A DNA stretch of 64,000 bases from Salpingoeca rosetta (Eukaryota; Protista; Choanoflagellata): NCBI GenBank assembly GCA_033442325.1, contig JAWQFM010000002.1:502442-566441 (forward strand), written 5' to 3'. The translations under genes and the position numbers were made by a program. Below the pieces are notes generated by a model. It was not told where the DNA came from, searched no databases, and saw only the letters and a program-made list of their open reading frames with translations. Below, piece by piece: positions 12,001-24,000 of this stretch. How positions within the stretch are numbered: position 1 is the first letter of the stretch; each line of letters opens with the position of its first letter.

Positions 12001-15000
12001 CCAGGTTGTTCACGTACAACGTGCGGTTGAGTGCAGCGACAGAGGAGTTGGAGTTGAGCACCTCGTACTTGTGGATGTACGCCGTGCCAGAGGCGCCCGG
12101 CTCGTGCGGGCCAGTGCCACCTTGCACAAGCATCTGTCCAATATAGTGGTTGTAGTTGGTGTACACGGCAAGACGCCCGCCACTGCCACCACCGCCCTGG
12201 GCGATCGAGGAGCACTTGTACTGCAGGTCAAAGTCCTTCCTGCATGCCGGGTTTGGATCGCCCACAGCAACGGGGCTCACTTCGTACGCGCAGAACCACG
12301 ACTGGTCGCAGAGCTCGCGCACGTGCGACGTGGCTGAGCCAGGCTCCGCACCGCAGTTGGCGCCGTACGTGGCGGTGATGACGTGGATGCCATAGCGGCA
12401 CTCCAGAAGCACAGACTTACCGCCAGACTCGCCCGCAACGTGGATGGTCTGAATGCCAGTGCCTGCAGGGCCGTAGCCCTCGCCGCCGCTGACATCAAGC
12501 AAGCCATGACCGTCAAAAATGTCAGTCTCGATCAGCAAAGAGCCGCCAGATCCGCCACCAGAGCGTGGCGAAACCCAATCACCGCCGCGCGACGTGATCT
12601 CACCGTCCACGCGCAGTGTCTTGTTGACAACGAGGTGCAAGCGGCCGCCACCGGCGCCACCAATGTACGGGAACACAGATGCACCGCCACGCGAGCCAAA
12701 CTCGCGCGGCTGGCGGAAGTCGCCGTAGCCTTCGCCTACCTCGACGAGCTGGCCCAGGCCATACCCGCCGGTGCCACCGTGGCCGCCGCCCGAATCACCA
12801 ATACCGCATGCCTGGCCGTACGTGCAGGAGGAGTGCTGCGTGGCACCTTCGCCCTCGCCAGCAAAGATGCCATGGCCACTGCCGTCTGGGGACAGGTAGG
12901 ATGTGCCGTCCAAGGTGATGCGCGCATCGGGCTCAACCTCCACGTCGTCGAAGAACAGGCGGGCATCGTTTGTGTCAAGGATGCCGCCAGCGAAGATGTG
13001 CAGGTTGTGTCCCTGCAGCTCTGCCACGTGGCCGTGATGCGACTCGAGATGCAAGTGGCCGCCAATCTTGATGTTGATGTTGCTGATGTCAAAGGGGTCA
13101 TCGCCCTGGGCGCGAAGCAGATGCACGAAACAATCGCGCTCAATTGTCAGGTGCTCCAGCAGGGCCATGTCGCCCTCGACAGTGATGTTCGTGCTGCGGC
13201 ACGCCACGTGCTCCGGAGGGGTGAACGACCCATCATCGCGCACGAGCAGCGAGAAGGGGAAGTATTTCGTCTGCAGGCCCGTGTTGTTGCTGAGGTCGCG
13301 GTGCGTGGGCGATGTGTCCACGTGCTGCCGCGGGCGCACCACCATGACACCGGTGTTGTCGCCCTCAATGTGGTGCGTCGTCAGCTTGGCGCCGGCACCC
13401 TCCATGTTGATGCTGCCTTGGCGGTGCGCGTGCGTCTCGTTGAAGACGTAGTGGTCCTCCTCGTCGAGGAACTGCTGGTCGTCCTCGGGCACAAGCCAGG
13501 CGGACCCGTGCGTCGTCACATACTGCGTCTGCGCGGAAGCATCAGGGTCTTCGCTCCAGTACAGCTCAATCTCATTCAGGGCCGTCCATGAGCTACCAGG
13601 CGCCCGCTCAAAGGTGATCTTCACGCGCGTCGTCATCGCGTCAATCACAATGGGGCGAACAACACCGTGCAGGCAGTTGCGGGTGTCAACGGGCGAGTCA
13701 ACCAGCTGCGTCTCCTGCTGCCCGTTGTACACGGACACCCAGTAGCGCACAGCGTACGCGTTGTCGCAGCGCGGGTAGATGAGCGCGTGGTCGAGGTAAA
13801 TCTCCTGCGGCATGTAAAAGTCAACCTGCACGCGGCTGCCCGATGACGTGCCGAACCAGCTGGTCAGGCTGCCATCCACCAGGCGCCAGGTGTCATGATA
13901 CGATGTACCGGCAACGTTGGTTCGCACTTCAACGCCCATTGGAGAGTTGTACACGTTGGACGTCGTATGCTGCCCCGCAGACATGTCGAGCTTCTGTACC
14001 TCCGCCAGGCGTGGTGATGGCACAAAGTCGGCGTTGTTGTCCACGTACAGGATGTTGTACGGGTCGTCTGGCACGGTGGCGTTATGCACGTAGACGGTAC
14101 CCGCACCGCCGCGCACAGCGGTACCGTAGCCAAGACCACCAAACGCTTGCAGCTCACCGGTGAAGTGTGCCGTGTGCTGCGTGGAGTTGTGCTCGTTGGC
14201 GTAGTAAATGGCCAAGCGGCCGCCGGCACCGCCGCCAGAGCCGCTCTTGCCGTTGCCGCCGTTGACAGCAATCTCGCCATCGCCCTGCAGCTCCTCGGTC
14301 TCGATCCAAATCGAGCCGCCAGCACCGCCACCGCTGCCAGTTACAATTGCTTCGCCGCCGTTGGCATGGATGCTGCCATCTACACGCAGGGCGCCCGTGA
14401 CGTTGAGCCAGAGAATACCGCCGCCGCGCCCGCCACCACGGTTTGAGCTCGTGCCCCGGCCACCACCAGAACCGAATGTGGTGGGGCGAAGCGTCGAACC
14501 GTACGCAGGAGGCGAGTCGACACGGTAGCGGGCAAGGCCACCGCGGCCACCGTGAGCACCGCCTGAGGCGTAGGCGCCGTTGGAGCCGGACACCTGCCTC
14601 AGGCCAGGTGACAGGCCAGACCCAAGCTCATAGCCACCAGAGTCTGCGCTGATGTGGCCGTACTTGTCGATGACAACGTCGTCGGCAGTAAAGTCCATCC
14701 AGTTGGTGGAAATGTAACCGCCAGCACGGATGTTCAGCCTTGATACGTTCAGTGAGATGACCACAGAGTTGGCAGGCGTGTCGTAGTCAATGTGCGTGAC
14801 AGGGTACAACGTGCCGTGCGGCTTGATGGTCAGATCCGAGATGATGTAGGCGCCCTTGCTGAGACCGGGGCTGGAGCCACGGCTGGTGATGCGCAGCCAG
14901 CCATCCTTGTCCAGGGTGATGTCATTGCTGCGTGCAAACGTGCCGTTCACCTCGATGAAGACCTCACGCAGGTTGATGCGCCCGTGAGGAATCATGTTCA

Positions 15001-18000
15001 ACCAGCCTCCCTCGTACAGGTACGCGTTGATGGGGAAGTAGATGTCGCTCGAGTCGAAGCTCACAGTCTGGTTGCGTGCAATGTGCATGCGGCCTGTGCG
15101 GTCGCCCGCCACCTCCACCGCGTCCACTGTGTGCAAGGGATGAGCAGTGCCGTACACCCCAGGCAGGATGGCAAGGTGCGCGTTGCCGCGAATGTCCAGC
15201 TGTTCAAACATGTAGCTTGTGTCACCAGAATCAGGGTGGAGCCAGGTGACACAGCCAACATCGCGGATATCACCGAAGTTGCCGTCCTTGATGGTGGTGA
15301 GCCGGCCGAGGTTGCGGTTCACGGCCCACGGCAGGTGGCGGTCCCCGTTGTCCACGCGCAAGATGCGGTGTGTGTGGGTGCCGTTGCTGCCGGAGAGGAA
15401 CACCGTACCGGCGGCGCCGTGTTCAATGGGGCTCTTCCCGCCATACGCAGTGATGGTGCCGTTCCAGTTGTGCAGGTCGTCGAACATGCTATGGTAGATG
15501 GCGATCCGACCACCAGAACCGGCACCACCGCCATCATCTTGACCATCGCCGCCGTTGGCTTCAATCAGGCCATGCCCGTGCAAGTCGTTGCATGTGATGA
15601 AGACGCTACCACCAGATCCACCGCCAGCGTAGGGCGCGTCGGGGGTCTGACCGTTGACGAACACGTTGCCATCAATGCGCAGCTTGTCCGTGTACAGCTC
15701 CAGCGCACCGCCGCCGTGGCCGCCAAGACCCACACGCGAAACCATGTTGGCGCCGCGGAATGTCTGCCCCGTGATGTAGTCGCCAAACACCAGGCTCCCG
15801 TAATCATCACCTTTACCGCCGTTGCTGCCGTACTCCAATGGCCGGTACAAGTCGCCGTAGGGCTGGCCAACATGTGCTGCACCAGCGCCGTGGCCACCAG
15901 TACCACCGTGGCCGCCACCAGAAGCGCCGCGCTGATGTGCCACACCCTGTCCACGACCTTCCTGTGGATCATAGTCGGTGAGGCCAGTGCCTCATCGTTC
16001 AACGACTCGCGCACCTCGCGTGACTGGTAGCCGCCATCGTTCAGGTTGATGTTGCCGCCAGAGCCAATCTCCACATCATCGGAGAAGAAGCGCAGGCGCG
16101 TGTTGGAGATGAGGTGGCCCTCGCCAAACACGGTGAAGTTGGTGGCGTTGAGCATGAAGCCTTCGTGACCAACCTCGTGCGCAAACAGCTCCAGCGTGCC
16201 ATCAGCCATGATGGTCAGGTCTTCCAGCAATGCGCTGCCTGGCGTGCCCGTGGCGATGGAGCCGTTGGTGTCCACACGCACAAAGCCGTCCGTGTGCACG
16301 TATGCCTCGGTCAGCCCGTACACTTCACCGCTCACGTGCAGCTGCACACCGGTGAAGAAGGCACGCCGTGGGAACGTCATCATGCCACCCTCGTACACGC
16401 GCGTGTTGAAGGGGATGTCGGCGCTGGCATACACCACGTCAATGTCCTGGTTCGGGCCAACGTGCAGCCAACCAGTGCGGTCGCCATACGCGTTGTCGAA
16501 GGTGATGTGCTGCTGGCGCGACTGCGGATCGGGATGCAAGGCCAGCTGAGCACCGCCAAAGAGCTCCAGCTTGGTAAAGTTGTGGAACTTGGTCGTGTCG
16601 GCAGACATGAGCCACGTCTTGGCAGAGTCCAGCGACAGGTGCTTGTAGCGGTCCCCGGGTCCGCGAGCATCCGTGTAGACTTCAATAGCGCTGAGCGCAA
16701 TGAGAGCATCGCGGCGCCTGAGGCGAAAGACGATCTCCGACACCTCGCGCAGCACGGGAAGCTCGACGTAGGCACCAGTCACGCACGTGTGGCGCATCTC
16801 CACGTAGTTGCTCGTGACATCCACGTTCTGCGACTCGCCGGTCAGGTGCGTCTCCACCTTGAAGTCTGTGCGGTACTGGCAGTGCGGGAACACGCGGATG
16901 TAAGACACAAACTTGGTCGCACGCAGATCCATCGTCAGCGTCGAGGTGCCACGATCCACGGCAAAGTAATCGTGGTACTCCAGCGAGTACGTGTGCGTGA
17001 AGAGGTTGGCAATGTAACGGTTGCTGTAGGTGGCGTGGGACGACGTCACCACGACACCCTGTGCCTCGTACACGGTGTTGCTGCTTGTGGCGCCACCATC
17101 CAGGTCGATCCGTGAGCCGCGGTTTGGAATGGCGTCTGTCAGCGCGTACTGCGGGTCACCGGCCTCGTCCGTGTTGTCCAGACGCAGGGTGTTCTCGCCC
17201 GTCGTGGTGTGCTCAATGTACACGGTACCAGAAGCACCGGGCTCTGCAAGGTCCGCACCATAGCCGCCGTGCACGTCGTACTTTCCGTAGTAGAACGTGT
17301 GCAGCGCCTCGGAAGAGTTGTGGTAGATGGTGATTCGGCCACCACTGCCACCACCGCCGCCGCGCGGGAGATCACCAGCGCCACCTTGCACAGAGATGTC
17401 GCCCGTGTGCCCACCGACGAACGCGCCCGTGCGGAAGAGGATGGAGCCGCCAGAACCGCCGCCAGCACCGTCGCGCACGCCGAGACGCTGCCAAATGTTG
17501 TCGGAGAGCACCGTGTAGCAGTACACGTTGTCGTTACCGCTGGACACGCAGATGTCCCTGCCATTGAAGGCGGTGCTGCGCACGCCCGAAATGTCCAGCT
17601 CCTTGAAGATGTGGTCAAACTCGCCCGTGTCAAGCTCGTACCGGTAGAGGCCGGACGAGCGCACGTCGTAGATCTTGTTCTCAACCACGTGCAAGCCGCC
17701 ATACAGCGGGGCGCTGTCAAAGTCGTGACGGCCACCCTTGAGCTCGATGGGCGAGCCCAGGATCGCGCCCGTGTCGCGGGACAAGCGGTACACCTTGTTG
17801 CCGTAGTAGCACATGGCGTAGACGTAGTCAAAGTCGACTGCAACGCCACCCACCGTGCAGCCCAGGTTGGCCGACCACTGCCTGTCCGTGTTTGGGAAGG
17901 GCCCACGCTTCTCCACAACGCGGCGACTCCAACGGGCCAGGTAGTAGAAGTCGTCGCGGTCACCCGTCACCTGCATGATGTCGTCCGCACCGGCGTTGAA

Positions 18001-21000
18001 GGAGCCGATCCGGGTGTATTCGTCGTCATACCGGAATACGGTCGTGCCGGACCAAGATGGGTACCAGTACTCGCGCAGGGCGGGCATGTAACCGCCACCA
18101 TAGCTGTATGTCTCCATGGTCTTGACGGGGTGGTCCCACAGCACGACATCTTCGTGCTCAACGACAACGCGCGTGAAGTCGATGACGTTGTAGCTGTCTG
18201 CGAGGATGTCGCCGTCAATGTGCGAGATGCCGGACACGTGGAACTCAAGACGCCCACCGCCAGCACCGCCCTGTTCACCGCCACCGCCAGAGCCATAGAG
18301 CGTGGCGTTGTAAATGTCGCCATAGGGCTCGCCGTTAGGGAGGAGCCACAGATCGTTGCCGTCACGTCCAGCTCCACGGCCACCACGACCACCGTAGCCA
18401 GCACCAGAGTGGCCACGCAGGTTGGCGAAACCGTGGCCCGGACCCTGCATGGCAGAGTAGCCGCGGCCAGAGGCGTTGACAACGCCACCGTCGTCAATGG
18501 TGAAATAGTCGAGGTAGAACTGCATGAAGGTTGTGTCGACCAGACCGCCACCCTCCACGACCAACCCAGCAGCCGTTACCTTGAAGGGCTCCGGGTGTGC
18601 AAGCGGCTGCAGAGCAGAGATCTTCGAGTCGTCCTTCACACGGACGGTGCCGTTGAAGGTGAATGACATGTCTGGTAAGCCCTGCGACGCGCCGGTCAGG
18701 TTCATGTACAGCGCAGCGCCGTGGATGAGGGTGAGGTTCTGGATGTGGTCAATGCGGCCCTCGCAGACCACAAACACGCCGTCCATGTCCGTATCGTGCG
18801 CCAGGCCATAGTATCCGCCTTCGTACACGTAGGTGCTGAATGGCGCATCAATATAGCTTCGTTGCAGGTCCATGGACTGGTTGCGGCCAAGGTGGATCAC
18901 GCCAGTGCGGTCGCCAATCATGTGGCGGTAGAACAACTCCACATCCGTGTACACGGGCTCAGTGACAACAGCAAGGTGTGCGTAGCCACGAATTTGCAGT
19001 TCCTCAAAGTGGAACATGTGCTGCCCGCCAGCAAAGCGGTGCGTGCCAGACTCGGACAAGATCCACGCGCGACCACCGTCCTCAGAGAGGTCCTCGTAGT
19101 TCTCAATACGCCTCTTGAGGGGCGACTGGCCGTCGTTGTCAATGATGAGCGTGCGGTGTGTGTAGACCATGTGATAGACAAACACGGTGCCGGGGCCACC
19201 CGCTTCAAGGAGACCCGCTCCGCCGGCAGCGAACATGCGGCCCGTGTACGTGGCGTTGTTCACAAAGTACACGGCAACGCGCCCGCCGGCACCGCCGCCA
19301 CCGCTCTTGTTGGGAATGATTGGGTGGAGGTACGCATCGTCCACGTGGAAGTAGCCTGCACCGCCATGCGAGGTGATGTTGCCCGTGCCCTTGAAGGTGT
19401 TGCAGTGCAGCCAGATGGAGCCGCCGCTGCCGCCGCCGCTGAACTTGACTTCGGCGTCTGCGCCAGAAGCAGAGATGACACCATCCAGCTGAATCATATT
19501 GGTGACGTTGAACCAGAGCACACCGCCTCCACGGCCGCCGTGGGCCGTGTCGTCCATCTCCCCACTACCGCCAGCAGACCCAAAGAGGCCTGGCTCGTAA
19601 AAGTCGCCGTACGGCTGTCCAACGCGCGACTGACCATAGCCCGAGCCAGCAGAGCCGCCGTGGCCCGCGCCAGAGGCGCCATTCGCGCTGGCAATGCCCG
19701 CACCGGCGTTGATGACGCCGTGCAGGGAGTAGCCGGTGCCGTGGCGCACGTGGTGGCCAAGCCCATCGGCGTTCATGTGACCGCCATCGTCGATGATGAG
19801 GTCCTGCCCGAGGAACGTCACCTTTGAACCGCGCATCTCCGCGCCGCCCTCAATGTAGGTGCCGATGGTCTCGATGGTGATGCCGAGGTCGTCGACGGGG
19901 TCTGTCTCCATGTGGAACTGGCCCTGGTCGGCGACGCGGAGGTAGTCGAACTTGAAGTGGCTGCGCGCCTGCCCCGTCGTGCGGCCGCCCTCGTTGGCCC
20001 AGAAGTCGCCAAAGCGGTGGATGGTCATGTTGCGCACGTGCGACAGGCGGCCAGACATCTGGATGAACACGCCGTGCACGTCCGTGAAGTGGCCAAGGCC
20101 CACGTGGGAGTTGTTGTACGCCCAGATGTTGAATGGGACATCAATCTCAAGCCGCTCTAGGTCCATGGTCTGGTTGCCGCCAACGTGCACGGTGCCCGTG
20201 CGGTCGCCGATCATGAAACGCGTGTAGATGTCCACGTCGCGCGTGTATGGCGGGTCCGAGAGGAAGGCCAGATGACCGTTGCCGTGCACCTGCAGCTCCT
20301 CAAAGTGGAAGCGGTAGTTGTATCCCGCAAACCGGTGCGTGCCAGAAACGGGCAGAATCCACGCCCGACCACCGTCCTCAGAGAGGTCGTTGTACGTGTA
20401 CTCCTTGCCATCAGCAGCTGTCAGCTCAATGGCGTTCACGTAACGATGCAGGTAGTTCTTGCGCCAGATGGGCTCGCCGCCGCAGTTGTCAATGATCAGG
20501 GTACGGTGCTCATGCACGTGCGACCATGCAAACGCCGTCCCAGGGCCGCCAACCTCGTGGGCGCTGCGGCCACCACACGTACTGAAGTGGAAGCCTGTGG
20601 ACGTGCGGTTGCGATAGAAGTACAGCGCAACGCGGCCGCCCGCGCCGCCGCCGCCAGGGTGCTCAGCGTGGCGATGACCATCGCCACCACGGGCATAAAT
20701 GGCGCCGTAGCCGTGGATGTAATCGGCGTGCACCCAGACAGAGCCGCCGGCACCGCCGCCGCTCGAGTCCTTCTGGCCCTCAACGCCGTTGGCGGAGATG
20801 ACGCCGTCCAAAAGCAGGTCCTCAGTGACATTAACCCAGATCAGGCCGCCGCCACGGCTGCCATGCTCGTCGTCAATGGTCTTACCCGTGCCACCAGCGC
20901 TGCCAAGCACGTAAGGCTCATACACGTCGCCGATGGCGAAACCAGTCTTGCTCTGCCCGAAACCCTTGCCGCCAGTGCCACCGTGACCGGCGCCAGACGC

Positions 21001-24000
21001 ACCCGTGCTGGAGTCCTTGCCGCGTCCTTCGTTGACGATGCCGTGCAAGCCGACCACGTTGACGCCATCACGCACGTGATAGCCCATGCCATCGGCAGCA
21101 AGCGCGCCGCCCTGGTCAATCTGCATGCGTGGTGCAAACACGTGCACGAAGGTACCGTGCATGCGACCGCCGCCCTCAACCTTGATGAACTCGTAGCCGG
21201 TAACGTTGATGCCGGGGTCACGCACCGGGTGCGTCTCCATCTCAAACAGGCCCTTGTCCTCGACAAAGAGGTTGTAGAAGTGGAAGTTGGACGCGGGCTC
21301 GCCATCAGTGTGCCCGCCGTGGTTACAGTGGAAGCGGCCGTTGTGGTGAATGGTCATGTTGTCCACGCCGACGAGGTTGCCTGCCATCTGGATGAAGACG
21401 CCAAACACCTCCGTTGCCGGCGCCAGCACCGTGCGCGAGTCCTCGTACGCCCACAGGGAGAACGGCAGGTCGATTTCCTTGCGCTCCAGATCCATTTCCT
21501 GCGTGCCGTGCAAGTGCACGACGCCAGTGCGGTCGCCAATCATGGCGGTGAAGTACAGCGACGCGTTCTCGCCGGGCGTGAACACGACCAGATGGCCCGC
21601 GCCATACATCTGCAGCTCGTCAAAGTGGAACGAGTTGTTGCCAAGCGCAAACTCGTGGTCACCGTGGTTGGCCAGGAGCATGGTGCGGCCACCGGCCTGG
21701 CGCAGGTCGTCCTCCGTGTAGTCCCACACGCGCCCGTTGGTGTCCTCGTACTTGACGGCGGAGACGGTGCGGTGCAGGTGGTTGCGGCGGCCGAGCGGGG
21801 ACTGGCCGTTGTTGTCCACAAGCAGCGTCTTGTGCTCGTAGACGAGGTGCCAGATGAACGCTGTGCCGGCTGCACCGGGCTCGTAACCAATGCCACCATA
21901 CACGTGGAAGTCAAAGTCGGAGGCCGTCCTGTTGTTGACAAAGTACAGGGCAATGCGGCCACCAGAGCCGCCACCGCCCGCATAGTCCAGGTCAAGGCCA
22001 CCGTTGCCGCCACGCGCTGTGATGTTGCCAAAGCCGGAGAGCGTGTGGCAGTGCAGCCAGATGGAGCCGCCACTGCCGCCACCGGAGCGGGCGTAGGGTG
22101 CGTCCTCGCCATCAGCGGAGACTTCGCCGTCAATCAGCACGTGTTCGGTGATGTTCATCCAGATGCTACCGCCGCCGTTACCACCGCGTGGCCGTTAGAA
22201 GCGCCGCCAGCACTGCCAATCACCTCGGGCTCGTACAGGTGGCCGTAGGCGAAGCCAACGTACGTCGCACCATTGCCTCGGCCGCCAGTACCGCCGTGGC
22301 CAGCGCCAGACGCACCAAAGTTACTGCCGATGCCGATACCAGGGTTGACGGGTCCGTTCACACCGTTGGTGCCGGAGCCATCGGACGTGCGGTAGCCGCG
22401 ATGGGACGCCGTGACCACGCCGCCGTCCTGGATGGTGAGGTTGGCGGCAATGAAGGTGATGTGTGTGCCGTGAATGGTGCCTCCGCCCTCAACCTCCGTG
22501 GCGATGCTGGAGATGGTCATGTCTGCCTCCGTGACGGGGTCCGTGTCCATGAGCACGAGGCCAGAGTCCTCCACCAGCACGTAGTCAAAGTCGTAGTGGT
22601 TGCGGCCCGTGTGGTTGGTGCGAGAGCCATCATACATGTGCATTTCGCCGCCGTGGTGCAGCGTGAGGTTCTTGACGCGTCCGATCACGCCCTCCAGGAA
22701 GAAGGACACGCCGTGTACATCAGTCACGTTGGCCAAGCCAAGGAAGCCAGACGGATACACACGCGTGTGGAATGGGAGGTCCACGTACAGACGCTCCAGG
22801 TCTAGCTCTTGGTTTGGCCCAACATGGAATGTGCCGCTGCGGTCACCAATCATGTTCTCAAAGTACACGGAGAGCAGCTGCTCTGGCGGGTCGGTGAGCA
22901 CGGCAAAGTGCGCGCCGCCCATGACCTGCAGCTCCTCAAACAGGTACCCGTTGTCCTCGGCCAGCGAGTGGTCGCGTGCGGACGGCGTGATCCAGGAGCG
23001 GCCGCCGTCGGTGGTGATGTCGGTGAAGCTTGGGATGCGCGACTTGGGTGCCGGTTGGCGGGCAATGTGGTTGTTGTCGATGATGAGCGTGCGGTGCTTG
23101 TGGTGGTCGTGATAGGCAAAGACGGTGCCCGCGCCACCAGACTGGGCGTTGGTGTGCTGCGCTTCACCGCCAAAGGCCTGGAAGCTGCCAATGAACGTTT
23201 CGTTGCGGGTGAAGTAGAGCGCAATGCGCCCACCGCTGCCGCCGCCACCGCCACTGGCACCGCCTTTGCCACCGAGCGTCTGAACCAGACCATAGCCGGT
23301 GATGTGGTACACCTGCAGCCAGATGGACCCGCCGCTGCCGCCGCCACCTCCGCCGCTGCCGTCAGCTGCGTTGGCGTGCACGACACCGTCGACTCGCAGG
23401 CGGCCGGTGACGTTGAATTTGAGGATGCCACCACCGAGGCCAGCGCCGCTCCCGCCACCAACGCAGCCCGTGTGCTCGGGCTCAAACAGGTGACCACGAG
23501 GAGAGCCGACCCGCGTCGTCACGGTTGAGGCGCCACCGGTTCCGCCGTGGCCTGCGCCAGCGCCTGACGAGCCTTCGTGGATGGCATCGCACTCCGTGCC
23601 TGTGTACGTGTCCGCGCTGAGCACGCCGCCATCACGCACGGTGACATTGCCGGCGTCCACATAGAGGCGAGGGGCATGCACGTGCCCACCCCCGCGGACA
23701 TCAAGCACGTTGGCTTGCAGGGTGATCCAGGCGTCCGGGTCGTTGTCGTACTGTCGCACCTCGCCACCTGAGAGCACGGTGAGGCTGTTGAAGGAGTACA
23801 CGGATGGGTTCTGGCCCTCTGTGGCACCAAACTTGCTCAACTCCAGGACGCAGCCGCGACCAACAGTGAGGTCCTCCACGCCGCCAAGGAAGCCGAGAAG
23901 CCGGATGGTGATGCCAAAGCACTCAAACTTCTTTGGAAGCTCCAGGTGACCGTAGCGGTAGGCGTACTGGTTCACACGCACTTCACCCAGCTCGGAGAAC

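Noticed and set aside
15565-15960. C-terminal tail of ORF 15565..22158 with a hydrophobic ALLVAATVVLVATALV stretch that could look like a TM anchor
   Set aside because: Out-of-frame translation of Gly codons; the conserved module is in the other frame
22155-22200. Programmed ribosomal frameshift
   Set aside because: No slippery heptamer or evident stimulatory structure; sequencing error or mutation is simpler
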